From NCBI GenBank assembly GCA_021787535.1, contig JAJYLR010000001.1, positions 147,648 through 211,647 of the forward strand: a stretch of DNA of 64,000 nt, written 5' to 3'. The stretch is from a bacterium. GTDB taxonomy: Bacteria > Patescibacteriota > CPR2 > UBA1875 > JAJYID01. The notes under the pieces are model-generated. The model searched no databases, was not told the DNA's origin, and was given only the letters and a program-made list of their open reading frames with translations. The position numbers were made by a program, and so were the translations under genes. Shown here in pieces: positions 31,013 through 41,268 of the stretch. Within the stretch, counting starts at the first letter, position 1. Each line of letters opens with the position of its first letter.

Positions 31013-34000
31013 ATGCAACTGCCAATCGAGGATTATAAGGAAGAAATACAGAGAGCGGTGACAGATAACGATGTGGTTATCATCACCGCCGAGACCGGAG
31101 CCGGGAAAACGACTCAGGTCCCACAGTATTTGTACGAATCAGGGTTCGAAGTGGTAGTCACACAGCCTCGTCGAGTGGCGGCCAGGACCGCAGCGATGCG
31201 GGTGGCTGAGGAGATGGAGACATCTCTCGGCGGACTAGTCGGTTTCAGGACGGCTGAGGAGAAGTATTCCTCGGCAGAGACCAAAGTGCTTTTCTGTACC
31301 GATGGTCTCCAGCTGGTTCGAGAACTGACCGGAAATGGCGCCAAGGACGATGTGATACTGATCATCGATGAAGTGCACGAGTGGAATCGGAATATCGAAA
31401 CACTCATCGCCTGGGCGAAACACCAGCTTGGTATCGGTGTCGCTCTCAAGGTGGTCATTATGAGCGCCACGCTCGAGGCCGAGAAGCTCTCGGCCTACTA
31501 CAACGATGCGCCGGTTATCTCGGTGCCGGGAAGACTGTTCCCGGTTGAAGCAAAAGGGACAGACGATGACCCGGCGATGATTGCTGCAGACTTGGCACGG
31601 GCCGGACGTAATGTCCTGGTCTTTTCTGAAGGCAAGGCTGAGATAGCCGGGCTAGTTGACGTCCTGAAGGCAATGGAGCTGTATGCAGAAATTCTACCGC
31701 TTCATGGCGCCTTAACGCCTGCTGAACAGAAGAAAGCATTCTTGCACTACGGCCGTTCCAAAATCGTCGTTGCCACGAATGTGGCTCAGACGTCGATTAC
31801 CATCGATGACATCGATGCGGTTGTGGACAATGGCATCGAGAAGAAAATAGAAGTCCGCGACGGTATCGAGGGTCTTTTCATTGCTGACACTTCGCAGGCA
31901 GACTGCGAGCAGCGGAAAGGCCGCGCCGGCAGAACGAAGGAAGGGATTTACGTCCTTTGTTCCAGGGTGAAGCTCGAGGATCGGGAGAAGTTTCCGGTTC
32001 CTGAGATTCTGCGCAGCCGGCTTGATCAGCTCGTTTTGCGCCTGGCCGTTATCGGCCTGGACGCGACTGAGCTCGAGTTCTTCCATCAGCCTGACCATGA
32101 CGAAATAGCCCGGGCGAAACAGACACTGATTAAACTCGGCGCTATGACAGAAGACATGCAGGTGACAGGTGTCGGCAGGGCCATGAGCCATTTGCCGGTG
32201 GATGTCCGTTTTGCCCGGATGCTGGTTGAGGCGGAAAGACGGGGAGCCATTGATGATGTTATAGTCATTGTCTCCTGTCTGGAGGCCGGAAGCCTGCGCG
32301 GTCGGGGCAAGAAAGACGAAGAAGGCCGCGAAATGATTCCCGGTTGGCGCAGTTTGACCAGGGAGCATGAATCTGATCTTCTGACCGAGCTCGATCTCTA
32401 TAATGCCGCCCGCGAGATGACAAAGAAGGAAATGTGGGAACACGATATTCCTTCCAAGACCTTCGCCAAAGCAAAAGAGATCAGGGACCGGCTTGCCGGG
32501 ATGTTCACTTCACCCGAGAGACCGGCTTCAAGCAGGCGCGAGGAAATCATGAAGGCGATCACAGCCGGCATGGTGGAGCATGTCTACATGCAGACCTATG
32601 ACAACTATGTCGGGTCTGAAGGAGATGTGCGGCAGCGCGACAGAAAGTCGGTGGTCTTCGGAGAATCGCTGATCGCCGGGGTTCCCTTCAATCTTGAGAT
32701 CAAGACAAGGGAAGGTAATCCCCTCACTCTCCAGCTAATCACTTCTGTCACAAAGGTAGAGATGGCCTGGCTTCAGGAAGTGGCGCCCCAGCTCCTCGAG
32801 GAAAAGCCGAGAGGTTACGAGTATGTTCCCCATCTGGGGGATGTTGCTCTTGTGACCGATAGGCTCTTCAACGGACTGGGGCTCGACTCAAGTTATGAAC
32901 CCGCGAAGGAGTGTCCCGAGGCAACTCGGGCGCTGGCAGAAGCACTGGTCAAGGGCAGGCTGCCTTATCCTGATCGTGTTCATAACGAGACGGTTGTCCG
33001 GGAGGTCAACAAGATAGCCACCAGGCACAATGAGCTGGAAACACTGACAGAGGGGAGACTGATCGAGATCTTCATCGAGAGGCTGGGCAAGACCTACCAG
33101 GTGAAAGACCTGGAAGCCCGTTCGCTTAGCTTCAGGAAGAAGGTAAACCTGAAACTCGATGTCGAAGGCTTCGTTCCGGTGGAGCTGATTCCCGACCTGA
33201 AGACTGAGGTCATCGAGTATGACGGCACCAGCTTCACCGTCAGCTATGAGGAATACTACTCGCGGATAAGCGCGACTGTAGTCATCTCTCAGGCTGACAT
33301 GGACAAGGTCCGGATTCTGCCGCTTCTGCCGAAAGCCGATGAAGTGACGTCAGTTCAAATAGTCGGTGAAAACGGCGAGGTTGTGGCGCGGGGCTATAAC
33401 CTTCGTGATGCGCAAGATAGCCTTGAGAATTATGAAGCGCGCCTCAGGCGGGAATCTGAGGAAAGGAAGCTCCAGGAAGAAGTTAATCAGTTGAGGAAAA
33501 AAGCTGGGGAACTTGCAGACAGAGGCCTCCCAACGGACTACCTCAACCAACTCATCTCAAAGGCAAGGATGCCTCAGGGCTATCGGTATTTTGGGGCAAC
33601 TAATGCGGCTGTCCATGATGCTATCCGAACTGCCGAAAACGAGATCGTCAGGCTGGAGTCAGCCTCGCCGCAGGAAATCCTTCTGGAAGAACTGATGGCC
33701 GGGAAGATTCATCATCCCGACCTTACGTTCAACCGGGGAATCCTGGCGGAGCTGGACAGCCATGCCATTCGCTCGGCAGGCTTCATTGAGAGCCTGTCCG
33801 AAGATCAGTTGCGTGAGCACTACGCTAAGCGGCTGGAAGAAAATGGCATTACCATGCTTGATCAGCTCCTGGAAGCCGATCTCAAGCTTAGGCTCGAGGA
33901 TTACGCTCCGGCTGACATCCTCGCAGAGCTCGAGATGGCTCCTTGTGAGCTCGAGCTGACCGGCCGCAAGGGTACATCTGCCTACCCCATATCCTATCGG

Positions 34001-34306
34001 TATGATGATTTGGACGGCATGCGTACCCCGATCGGTATGGTTAGGATCCCGGTGGCGACTTATGAGAAGAACTGTGAGAGTGTTGGCCGAAGGTCGGGGT
34101 TCTCACAGCTGCCTCATGGCATCACTCTCATCATTGAGGTGACCGAGAAGAACAAGGTCATCGCCAGCGGTGAGGACAGTGAGCAGCTTCAAGCTCAGAT
34201 CAAGCGGTACAAGAAGGGCAAGAAGCGCTCGCCCAACCAGCACGGTGTACTGTCGCATGAGGGTACTGCGCCGCCGCCTTGGCATGTTGGGAACGTAAGG
34301 TATTAA
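31013..34306 (+). CDS. HrpA/HrpB-like DEAH-box RNA helicase with long C-terminal extension
   Basis: AETGAGKTT, TQPRRVAA, DEVH, MSAT, ATNVAQTSITI, QRKGRAGR, HA2 region; visibly more GC-rich than its flanks. Confidence 0.9.
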   Translation: MQLPIEDYKEEIQRAVTDNDVVIITAETGAGKTTQVPQYLYESGFEVVVTQPRRVAARTAAMRVAEEMETSLGGLVGFRTAEEKYSSAETKVLFCTDGLQLVRELTGNGAKDDVILIIDEVHEWNRNIETLIAWAKHQLGIGVALKVVIMSATLEAEKLSAYYNDAPVISVPGRLFPVEAKGTDDDPAMIAADLARAGRNVLVFSEGKAEIAGLVDVLKAMELYAEILPLHGALTPAEQKKAFLHYGRSKIVVATNVAQTSITIDDIDAVVDNGIEKKIEVRDGIEGLFIADTSQADCEQRKGRAGRTKEGIYVLCSRVKLEDREKFPVPEILRSRLDQLVLRLAVIGLDATELEFFHQPDHDEIARAKQTLIKLGAMTEDMQVTGVGRAMSHLPVDVRFARMLVEAERRGAIDDVIVIVSCLEAGSLRGRGKKDEEGREMIPGWRSLTREHESDLLTELDLYNAAREMTKKEMWEHDIPSKTFAKAKEIRDRLAGMFTSPERPASSRREEIMKAITAGMVEHVYMQTYDNYVGSEGDVRQRDRKSVVFGESLIAGVPFNLEIKTREGNPLTLQLITSVTKVEMAWLQEVAPQLLEEKPRGYEYVPHLGDVALVTDRLFNGLGLDSSYEPAKECPEATRALAEALVKGRLPYPDRVHNETVVREVNKIATRHNELETLTEGRLIEIFIERLGKTYQVKDLEARSLSFRKKVNLKLDVEGFVPVELIPDLKTEVIEYDGTSFTVSYEEYYSRISATVVISQADMDKVRILPLLPKADEVTSVQIVGENGEVVARGYNLRDAQDSLENYEARLRRESEERKLQEEVNQLRKKAGELADRGLPTDYLNQLISKARMPQGYRYFGATNAAVHDAIRTAENEIVRLESASPQEILLEELMAGKIHHPDLTFNRGILAELDSHAIRSAGFIESLSEDQLREHYAKRLEENGITMLDQLLEADLKLRLEDYAPADILAELEMAPCELELTGRKGTSAYPISYRYDDLDGMRTPIGMVRIPVATYEKNCESVGRRSGFSQLPHGITLIIEVTEKNKVIASGEDSEQLQAQIKRYKKGKKRSPNQHGVLSHEGTAPPPWHVGNVRY

Positions 34307-34327
34307 GTAGACCCCGACAGGGGACAA

Positions 34328-34355
34328 AAGGGGCCGATGAAAATCGGTCCCTTTC
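34328..34355 (+). terminator. Intrinsic terminator
   Basis: AAGGGGCCGAT-GAAA-ATCGGTCCCTTT. Confidence 0.7.
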
Positions 34356-34379
34356 TTATGGATTTTTAATATAATTCAG

Positions 34380-34408
34380 TTGACTTTTAGGCATACATTT
34401 ACTATAAT
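34380..34408 (+). promoter_or_regulatory. sigma70 promoter of rpsP
   Basis: TTGACT-17nt-TATAAT. Confidence 0.7.
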
Positions 34409-34451
34409 TGCTTCAAATCAATTAATCAGTTAAATTACAGAAGGAGCAGGA

Positions 34452-34913
34452 TTGGTAGTAATCAGACTCACCCGTGTCGGTAAGAAAAAGCAGGCACACT
34501 ATAGAATTGTTGTAGCAGATTCTCAGAGGGCGGTTCAAGGGAAATTTATTTCTATTTTGGGCTGGTATAATCCGCATACAAAAGAACTCGAAGTGAAGAA
34601 AGATGAGCTAAAAAACTGGCTTGATAAGGGAGCCCAGCCTTCTAATACTTTGGCGAAACTTCTTAAAAAAGAAGGAGTTAAGTTGCCGAAGTGGGTTAAA
34701 ATTATAGAGAAGAAAAAAGCGTCAAAGAAAAAAGAGGATCCAAAAGAAGCGGTGCCGAAAGCTGAGGCCAAAGAAGAAACAAAGCCGGCAGAAGGTGAGG
34801 CAGCTGAAGCCGTCGAAGAAAAGAAGGAGGAAAAATCCGAAGAAGCTTCCACAGATGAAACCGAGGAAGAACCAGCCACAGAAGAGAAACCTGCCGAAGA
34901 AACAAGTGAATAA
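34452..34913 (+). CDS. rpsP: 30S ribosomal protein S16 with acidic tail
   Basis: IRLTRVGKKKQAHYRIVVADS, GAQPS. Confidence 0.96.
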   Translation: MVVIRLTRVGKKKQAHYRIVVADSQRAVQGKFISILGWYNPHTKELEVKKDELKNWLDKGAQPSNTLAKLLKKEGVKLPKWVKIIEKKKASKKKEDPKEAVPKAEAKEETKPAEGEAAEAVEEKKEEKSEEASTDETEEEPATEEKPAEETSE

Positions 34914-34920
34914 CTTACAT

Positions 34921-34982
34921 TGTCACTGCGAACTTAATTCAGAATCCATAAAATAGATTCCGGATCGGAGTCCGGAATGACA
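34921..34982. repeat. REP-like inverted doublet
   Basis: TGTCACTGCGAACTTAATTCAGAATCC ... AGATTCCGGATCGGAGTCCGGAATGACA; homologous to 28228-28290. Confidence 0.8.
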
Positions 34983-35035
34983 AGGGAAATATTAACTAAA
35001 TAATAATTAAGCCCCAAAGGGGCAAAGGAGTAAAA

Positions 35036-35419
35036 ATGGCAGCAAAAGAAAGAGACCAGGAATTCGTTGAATACGTAGTAAAAGAGATCGTTACCAATCC
35101 GGATGCGGTAAAAGTAACGAGAAGCATTGATGAGAAAGGAGTTCTACTGGAACTTACCGTGGATCCTTCTGACATGGGTGTAATTATCGGTAAAGAAGGA
35201 AAAACTGCAAAATCTATCCGAACTTTGCTTCGCGTGCTCGGTTCGAAAAATGACTCAAGAGTTAACTTAAAGATCGTTGAGCCGGAAGGCGCCGCACCAA
35301 AAGCTGAGAAAAAGGAAGAAAAAGTTGAAGAGGAAGTAGAGGAAGTTCCGGCAGAAGAATCAGAAGAATCTGCCTCTGGGGATTCGGATGATGAACCGAT
35401 GGCGGATTTGGATTTGTAA
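35036..35419 (+). CDS. khpA: KH-domain RNA-binding protein KhpA
   Basis: DMGVIIGKEGKTAKSIRTLL, directly after rpsP. Confidence 0.92.
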   Translation: MAAKERDQEFVEYVVKEIVTNPDAVKVTRSIDEKGVLLELTVDPSDMGVIIGKEGKTAKSIRTLLRVLGSKNDSRVNLKIVEPEGAAPKAEKKEEKVEEEVEEVPAEESEESASGDSDDEPMADLDL

Positions 35420-35466
35420 AATCCAAATCGGTATAGAGTATTCTGTATTGATTATTGGGTATAAGA

Positions 35467-35490
35467 AAAAGCCGCGGAAACGCGGCTTTT
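35467..35490 (+). terminator. Intrinsic terminator
   Basis: AAAAGCCGCG-GAAA-CGCGGCTTTT. Confidence 0.85.
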
Positions 35491-35502
35491 ATTTATCTTT
35501 TC

Positions 35503-35655
35503 TGTCATTCCCGCGGAGGCGGGAATCCAGTCAATTAAAATTAATTCTACTTTTTCTAAAAAAGTAGATAATATTTTTAAAGAGATAGATTGCCCATCTA
35601 TGTGGGAATAGAAGAAAACTGATGACTTAATAGATTCTGGTCAAGCCAGAATGAC
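35503..35655. repeat. Cluster of REP-like units
   Basis: TGTCATTCCCGCGGAGGCGGGAATCCA (35503-35529), degenerate unit at about 35586-35610, TAGATTCTGGTCAAGCCAGAATGAC (35631-35655). Confidence 0.85.
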
Positions 35656-35700
35656 CCGTCACTATTACACAGTGCGGGGCAAGCATGTTAAAATAAGGAT

Positions 35701-36393
35701 ATGAAACCAAGAATTACATTCAACATTATTACACTTTTTCCGGAAACGGTTGAAAGCATGACGGATTATAGCATTCTGGGGCGGGCGATAGAGTCTGGAA
35801 TTATTGACATCCAGACTTATAATATCCGTGACTACGGACAAGGCAAAAGAAAGCAGGTTGACGATACGCCTTTTGGCGGTGGTGCGGGTATGGTTCTAAA
35901 GGCGGATGTCATGGATAAGGCGATTCAAAAAGTGAAAGAGGAAAACCCCGGTACAAAAGTGATTTTGCTGACCCCAAAGGGCGAGAAATACAGCCAGAAA
36001 AAAGCCGGAGAACTCTCAAAAAAGAAAAATATCACTCTGATTTCTGGCCACTATGAAGGATTTGACGAGCGTATTCGTAGTTTTGTCGACGAAGAAGTAT
36101 CAATTGGTGATTACATCTTAACAGGCGGAGAACTGGCGGCGGTTGCGGTGGTGGATAGCGTCTCCAGACTCATTCCCGGCGTATTAGGCAAAGAAGAGTC
36201 ACTCGCAAAAGAATCATTTGAAGAAAACCTGCTTGAATATCCGCAATATACCCAGCCGCGGGAATATGGAGGCATGGAAGTGCCGGAGATTTTACTCTCA
36301 GGCAATCATGCGGCAATTGAAAGATGGAGGAGAGAGCAAGCGGAAAAGATTACGCGCAAGAGAAGAAAAGACCTTTTTGAAAATAACCAATAA
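35701..36393 (+). CDS. trmD: tRNA (guanine37-N1)-methyltransferase
   Basis: VDDTPFGGGAGM, GHYEGFDER, SIGDYILTGGE, LLSGNH. Confidence 0.97.
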   Translation: MKPRITFNIITLFPETVESMTDYSILGRAIESGIIDIQTYNIRDYGQGKRKQVDDTPFGGGAGMVLKADVMDKAIQKVKEENPGTKVILLTPKGEKYSQKKAGELSKKKNITLISGHYEGFDERIRSFVDEEVSIGDYILTGGELAAVAVVDSVSRLIPGVLGKEESLAKESFEENLLEYPQYTQPREYGGMEVPEILLSGNHAAIERWRREQAEKITRKRRKDLFENNQ

Positions 36394-36563
36394 CCAATCA
36401 ATGAGATTAAGAAATATTGAAAATTATACATTTAAATTTGATTGGAAATTGGTAATTGCTGATTGGAAATTCTAAAACCTCTTTACACCACCGGCAAGAA
36501 TATTTAATATTTAATGTATAGATTACCGTTTTTACGGGAATGATAGAGAAAACGGGAATGACA
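36382..36563. repeat. Heptamer inverted repeat plus degenerate REP-like units
   Basis: AATAACC AATAACC ... ATTGGAAATTGGTAATTGCTGATTGGAAATT; GATTACCG..CGGGAATGAT and ACGGGAATGACA. Confidence 0.7.
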
Positions 36564-36585
36564 ATAAAGAAGGGAGTATTTTTAA

Positions 36586-36768
36586 ATGACGAAAATTAAG
36601 ATTGACGAGAACCTCTGTAGCGGCTGCGGAACATGCGAAGCGGCTTGTCCGGAATGCTTTAAAGTAGGGGAAAACTTCAAAGCTCATGTTATAAAACAGG
36701 ATTGCCAGGGCTGTGATCTGGATGAGGTAGTCGCTGACTGTCCTATGGGAGCTATAAGCCGTGAATGA
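36586..36768 (+). CDS. Ferredoxin
   Basis: CSGCGTCEAACP and CPMGAI. Confidence 0.9.
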   Translation: MTKIKIDENLCSGCGTCEAACPECFKVGENFKAHVIKQDCQGCDLDEVVADCPMGAISRE

Positions 36769-37603
36769 AATGGATCCTATAGATTCTATGAATGCGGGTT
36801 CTGCCTCGCCCATTGATCCGAACCCTAACTCTGCGGGGCCTGTTGGTCAGACAGGTTCAGGTAATGCCAATCCACTGGGTCCTAATGGTCCGGTGGGGCC
36901 GGGTAATCCTATGGATTACAACAGCTCATCACCCGGAGGAGGCGGACTTAATATGACCAGGATTTACCAGATTGCCCTGGGTATCTTGATATTGATTATT
37001 CTGATACTCATCATTTTTGTTTTTCTTTACAAAGGAAAAGCCAATAAAACACAAAAATATATAGACAATGTTACAGCTCAAGCAGTTGATAACAAATCGA
37101 AAGAAGATAAGTCTTCCTGTGATAAACAAATTAAAGATATGAAAGAAAATCCATGGGCAGAATATAAAGCGCTTGATGAGTATGGGGCCTTCAAATTTCA
37201 AGTCCCCAAAGACTGGTCTCAATACGAACATTATGATATGAGTGGTAGTTATCCTTACCGGCTTTACTTTAACCCCGCTCCGGTGCATTATGACGCAAGC
37301 AATAGCGTGCATGATGATCATGCGGCTTTGGAAGTTATCATTAGCAAACAGCAATATAACGACGAAGTTAAACAGTTGGAAAGCCAGCTTGCTTATGCTG
37401 CAGATAAGCACACAGAAGATGATATAAGTATCTCAAATTTCAAAGGAAAGAATTTTTTCTATAAAGATAAAGACCTCGGTAAAAACGTCGGTGTTATTAT
37501 CCTGCCTTACCGTGACCGTGCACTCTTTATTAAGACAGATGACTATGATCAGTGGCACGACTACTTTAGCCAATTCTACCAATCTTTCAAACTGACGCCG
37601 TAG
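36761..37603 (+). CDS. Hypothetical bitopic membrane protein
   Basis: Pro/Gly-rich N-terminus, one TM, extracellular domain containing FQVPKDW. Confidence 0.7.
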   Translation: MNEMDPIDSMNAGSASPIDPNPNSAGPVGQTGSGNANPLGPNGPVGPGNPMDYNSSSPGGGGLNMTRIYQIALGILILIILILIIFVFLYKGKANKTQKYIDNVTAQAVDNKSKEDKSSCDKQIKDMKENPWAEYKALDEYGAFKFQVPKDWSQYEHYDMSGSYPYRLYFNPAPVHYDASNSVHDDHAALEVIISKQQYNDEVKQLESQLAYAADKHTEDDISISNFKGKNFFYKDKDLGKNVGVIILPYRDRALFIKTDDYDQWHDYFSQFYQSFKLTP

Positions 37604-37624
37604 CCATTTTCATTATAATAATGG

Positions 37625-37696
37625 AATTCTCAATTTCTCATTTTTCAGTGACCAATGAAAATTCATTGGAAATTGAGAAATGAAAACTGAAAATTA
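37625..37696. repeat. Heptamer inverted repeat
   Basis: AATTCTCAATTTCTCATTTTTCAGT...ATTGGAAATTGAGAAATGAAAACTGAAAATT. Confidence 0.75.
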
Positions 37697-37750
37697 TTTT
37701 TTTGCCTTTATGCTGGCAAAAGATCCCTTTTTCAGTTATAATGCCAACCT

Positions 37751-39925
37751 ATGGACAAATTTGTTTTGAAAAGCGGTTATAAAATGACTGGAGATCAACC
37801 GGAGGCGGCGGCCAGTTTAATCCGCGGTCTTGAAAATGGTCTGGACAAGCAAATTCTGCTGGGTGTGACGGGGTCCGGCAAGACTTTCACGGCGGCCAAT
37901 GTGATCCAGAAAATCAACAAACCGACTCTGGTCATTTCACATAACAAAACTCTGGCGGCGCAGCTGTATAGCGAATTCAAAGAATTTTTCCCCGATAATG
38001 CCGTGCGCTACTTTGTTTCTTACTACGACTACTACCAGCCGGAAGCTTACATCCCTCGTACCGATACCTATATTGAAAAAGACGCATCTATTAACGAAGA
38101 AATAGACCGGCTCAGAAATGCGGCAACGGCAGCTCTACTCTCAAGAAAGGATACCCTTATTGTCGCCAGCGTTTCCTGTATCTACGGTCTTGGTTCGCCT
38201 GAAGATTATATTAACATGAAAATAGATTTTGAAGCCGGCAAGGCGAAAAATCAGGAGAAAGCTATGCGCCAGCTTCTGGCAGTGCAGTACGAGCGAAATG
38301 ATCAGTCATTTGAAAGGGGAAAGTTCCGTGTGCGCGGCGATGTTCTGGACATTTATCCGATCTATGAGGAGAAAGCGGTACGCGTGACTTTCGATAATGA
38401 TATTGTGGAGTCAATTCGAGATCTCAATCCCGTGACAGGCGAGCTGGGCAAGAGAGTGGATAATGTTTCGATATTCCCGGCCAAGCACTTCGTCACGCCC
38501 AGGGAGAAACTGCTCTCAGCTATTCCGGAGATTGAGCGCGACCTGGCCAGCAGATTAGCCGAACTGAAGAAGCAGGGCAAACTGCTTGAAGCGCAGCGGC
38601 TGGAGCAGAGAACCAAGTTCGACCTGGAAATGATCCGAGAGACCGGCTACTGCTCGGGGATCGAGAACTATTCTCGTTATCTGGCAGGCCGTGCACCGGG
38701 CGAACCGCCGGCAACGCTTCTCGACTTCTTTCCTGATGATTTTCTAATGCTGATCGACGAGTCCCACATGACCATTCCGCAGATCAGAGGCATGTACAAC
38801 GGCGACCGATCGCGCAAAGAAACGCTTATCGAGCACGGATTTCGCCTGCCCTCAGCCCTCGATAATCGTCCGCTGCACTTCAGTGAATTTAAAAAATTCA
38901 TGAGCCCGGCCATCTTTATCTCAGCCACGCCGGGGGACTACGAATTCAAAACGGCCAGCGGACACAAGATTAACTCGGCCGATGAATATTACGAGGCGGC
39001 AAGAAGCAATGATCAATTTCCAATTTCCAATTTCCAATCAATTTCCAATGATCAAAATTCAAACAAAAACAGTCATTCTGGGGACGACAGGACTCCAGAA
39101 TCGGTTTTGGACAAGGATTCTGGACAAGCCAGAATGACAGGAAAAGGGTTCTCCTGGATTTCTGAACAGGTTATCCGCCCGACGGGGCTTCTCGATCCCG
39201 AGGTGGAAGTGCGCCCGAACAAGAACCAGATTGACGACCTCATTCACGCAATCCAGCTTAGGGTCAAGAAGGAGCAAAGGGTTTTGGTGACGACTTTAAC
39301 GAAAAGAATGGCCGAGGACCTAAGCGAATACTTGAAAGAGCTAAACATCAAGGTGACCTATATTCATTCGGAAATTAATACCTTGGAACGTCCGGAAATC
39401 CTGCGTGATCTTAGAAAAGGCGTCTATGACGTAGTTGTCGGCGTCAATCTTTTGCGGGAAGGTCTGGATCTGCCGGAAGTATCGCTGGTAGCAATCTTGG
39501 ACGCCGACAAGGAAGGATTTCTGCGCGGAGAGAACGCCCTCATTCAGACCATCGGGCGAGCGGCGCGGCACTCAGAAGGCAAGGTAATAATGTATGGCGA
39601 TACCATGACTTTATCTATGGAGCGAGCGATCAGCGAGACTCAACGAAGGCGCAGGATTCAAGAGGAATATAATAAAAAGCATGGCATTACGCCAAAGACT
39701 ATTAAAAAAGCTATTCGCGAAGACATCGTCCGGTCGGAAAAAAGAAAGAAAGAACCCAAATTCGAGATTACTGATATGCCGGCCGATGAACTTGAGCGCA
39801 TAGTTCAAGACATGCGTAAGAAAATGGAAATCGCCTCAAAGAACTTAGAATTTGAGCAGGCAGCCAAACTCCGCGACCAGATACAAGACATTAGAGCGAA
39901 GATAGAGTCAAAGAAAATAAAATAG
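37751..39925 (+). CDS. uvrB: Excinuclease ABC subunit B
   Basis: [37 protein letters not shown]. Confidence 0.97.
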   Translation: MDKFVLKSGYKMTGDQPEAAASLIRGLENGLDKQILLGVTGSGKTFTAANVIQKINKPTLVISHNKTLAAQLYSEFKEFFPDNAVRYFVSYYDYYQPEAYIPRTDTYIEKDASINEEIDRLRNAATAALLSRKDTLIVASVSCIYGLGSPEDYINMKIDFEAGKAKNQEKAMRQLLAVQYERNDQSFERGKFRVRGDVLDIYPIYEEKAVRVTFDNDIVESIRDLNPVTGELGKRVDNVSIFPAKHFVTPREKLLSAIPEIERDLASRLAELKKQGKLLEAQRLEQRTKFDLEMIRETGYCSGIENYSRYLAGRAPGEPPATLLDFFPDDFLMLIDESHMTIPQIRGMYNGDRSRKETLIEHGFRLPSALDNRPLHFSEFKKFMSPAIFISATPGDYEFKTASGHKINSADEYYEAARSNDQFPISNFQSISNDQNSNKNSHSGDDRTPESVLDKDSGQARMTGKGFSWISEQVIRPTGLLDPEVEVRPNKNQIDDLIHAIQLRVKKEQRVLVTTLTKRMAEDLSEYLKELNIKVTYIHSEINTLERPEILRDLRKGVYDVVVGVNLLREGLDLPEVSLVAILDADKEGFLRGENALIQTIGRAARHSEGKVIMYGDTMTLSMERAISETQRRRRIQEEYNKKHGITPKTIKKAIREDIVRSEKRKKEPKFEITDMPADELERIVQDMRKKMEIASKNLEFEQAAKLRDQIQDIRAKIESKKIK
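39007..39139. repeat. Heptamer array plus REP doublet in frame within uvrB
   Basis: CAATTTC tandem array, GTCATTCTGGGG..CTCCAGAATC, GGATTCTGGACAAGCCAGAATGACA. Confidence 0.9.
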
Positions 39926-39958
39926 GAAAAAGCCCCGCGCGTTGCGAGGGGCTTTTTT
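39926..39958. terminator. Bidirectional intrinsic terminator
   Basis: AAAAGCCCCGCGC..GCGAGGGGCTTTTTT between convergent genes. Confidence 0.8.
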
Positions 39959-39967
39959 AAGAGGGGA

Positions 39968-40744
39968 TTAGGACAGGTGCTCGCATTTCTTGTAAGCGCC
40001 TTTTGTGTAGCCGATAGCTTCCGAAAGAACGAGATGATCGTCCGGTCCCATACGAAGGGCTCCTTCGGCGTCAACACTCGCGTCAGGACAAATCTCGAGA
40101 ATTGGATCCAGGAGATCAAGATTACCCTTGTGTAGACCGCCTGCCACTGTGATGCCGATGTCCAGAGCTGCTGCCTTTATAGCTTTCATGTTCTTGACCA
40201 TCAGGCCAGGGAAGAGCTCTATGCCGAGTCCGCCGGAGATGTCGAGGATCAGATAATCAACCTCGCCATTCAGATAGGCTGCTCGGAAGCGTTTCACCAG
40301 TTCCAGAGCGGTCTCAGTGGAGTCCTTGAGTGTCCAGCGTCCTGCCTGAAGTACGATCTGCATCTCAGGGAACTTCTCCTTGAACTTCGCAATTTCGCCG
40401 GCTTCCGGCCAGGCCATATTCAACTGAAATCCATGGAGATTAGGTCCGGCTATGTCACTAGCGATCATCATCAGCGCTTCCCCGAGACCTTCGGAACTCT
40501 TCAGTCCATCACCGTAGTGAATCAGATTGAATGCCCGAGGATCATCGGTGAATATACCGCTTATATCGTTGCCCATAGGATAGCGGCCGGTCCATTTGTT
40601 GCCGTTGCCGTAGATCGTCTTGGGGCTTGCCAGCACCCCCACCATGAACTTCCTGGATGCATTTGAAGGGATAGCACCCATCACAGTTTCTACCTCTTCC
40701 CGGGTCATAAATCCGGTAATGCCGATGTATGGTTCGTGTCTCAT
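39968..40744 (-). CDS. TrpF/PRAI-like TIM-barrel protein of unknown function
   Basis: GFQLN, LILDISGGLG, VAGGL...NL, SVDAEG; GGAG RBS before the ATG at 40744. Confidence 0.65.
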   Translation of the reverse strand: MRHEPYIGITGFMTREEVETVMGAIPSNASRKFMVGVLASPKTIYGNGNKWTGRYPMGNDISGIFTDDPRAFNLIHYGDGLKSSEGLGEALMMIASDIAGPNLHGFQLNMAWPEAGEIAKFKEKFPEMQIVLQAGRWTLKDSTETALELVKRFRAAYLNGEVDYLILDISGGLGIELFPGLMVKNMKAIKAAALDIGITVAGGLHKGNLDLLDPILEICPDASVDAEGALRMGPDDHLVLSEAIGYTKGAYKKCEHLS

Positions 40745-40953
40745 TACTCCTACCAAGATGTCAACCACTTGATATTATGCCTATCTGTAGGCATAATTTT
40801 TTGTTCGAATAAATTGATTGAACTGACAGGACTCGAACTTTTAAGCACAAAATTGTTCCCCTCTCGGGTTTATTATTTCTCTGGAAAGTTGACATGTAGA
40901 TAAAGTGTAGTATATTGATTATAAGAAATATGTATTAAACGGAGACAATAATT

Positions 40954-41268
40954 ATGTCAGAAGAACAATCAATGGATGATTTACGTCATGAAATGTATGA
41001 CGAAGATAGAGTTCAAGATCCAGAAAAGGCTCGTGTTATGGCGGAAGCAGAAAGGCCACATCAAGAAAAGGCTAATGAGCGTTTCGATTACGCAAAGAGA
41101 TTGGAAAGTATCGCGGAAGAAATACGATCAGAATATCCGGAAGAAGCAGGTAAGCTTCTTGATGTTGTTGAACAACTCAATCAAGATGCCAATTGGGGAG
41201 ATCTCAATATGGCAGACAGTAAGGGTCAAGAAGCAGGCGAAAAATACGATTCAGAAAAAAGTGATTAG
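40954..41268 (+). CDS. Hypothetical acidic protein
   Basis: GGAG RBS; TTGACA promoter at 40889. Confidence 0.65.
   Translation: MSEEQSMDDLRHEMYDEDRVQDPEKARVMAEAERPHQEKANERFDYAKRLESIAEEIRSEYPEEAGKLLDVVEQLNQDANWGDLNMADSKGQEAGEKYDSEKSD

Noticed and set aside
31712-32443. 243-aa antisense ORF and other shadow ORFs in the helicase, uvrA, uvrB and alaS
   Set aside because: Antisense to well-supported genes with GC-rich codons; no motifs or RBS.
38962-39158. Intein or intron in uvrB
   Set aside because: Too short, with no intein terminal motifs (C/S...HN) and no group I/II core; explained by repeats.
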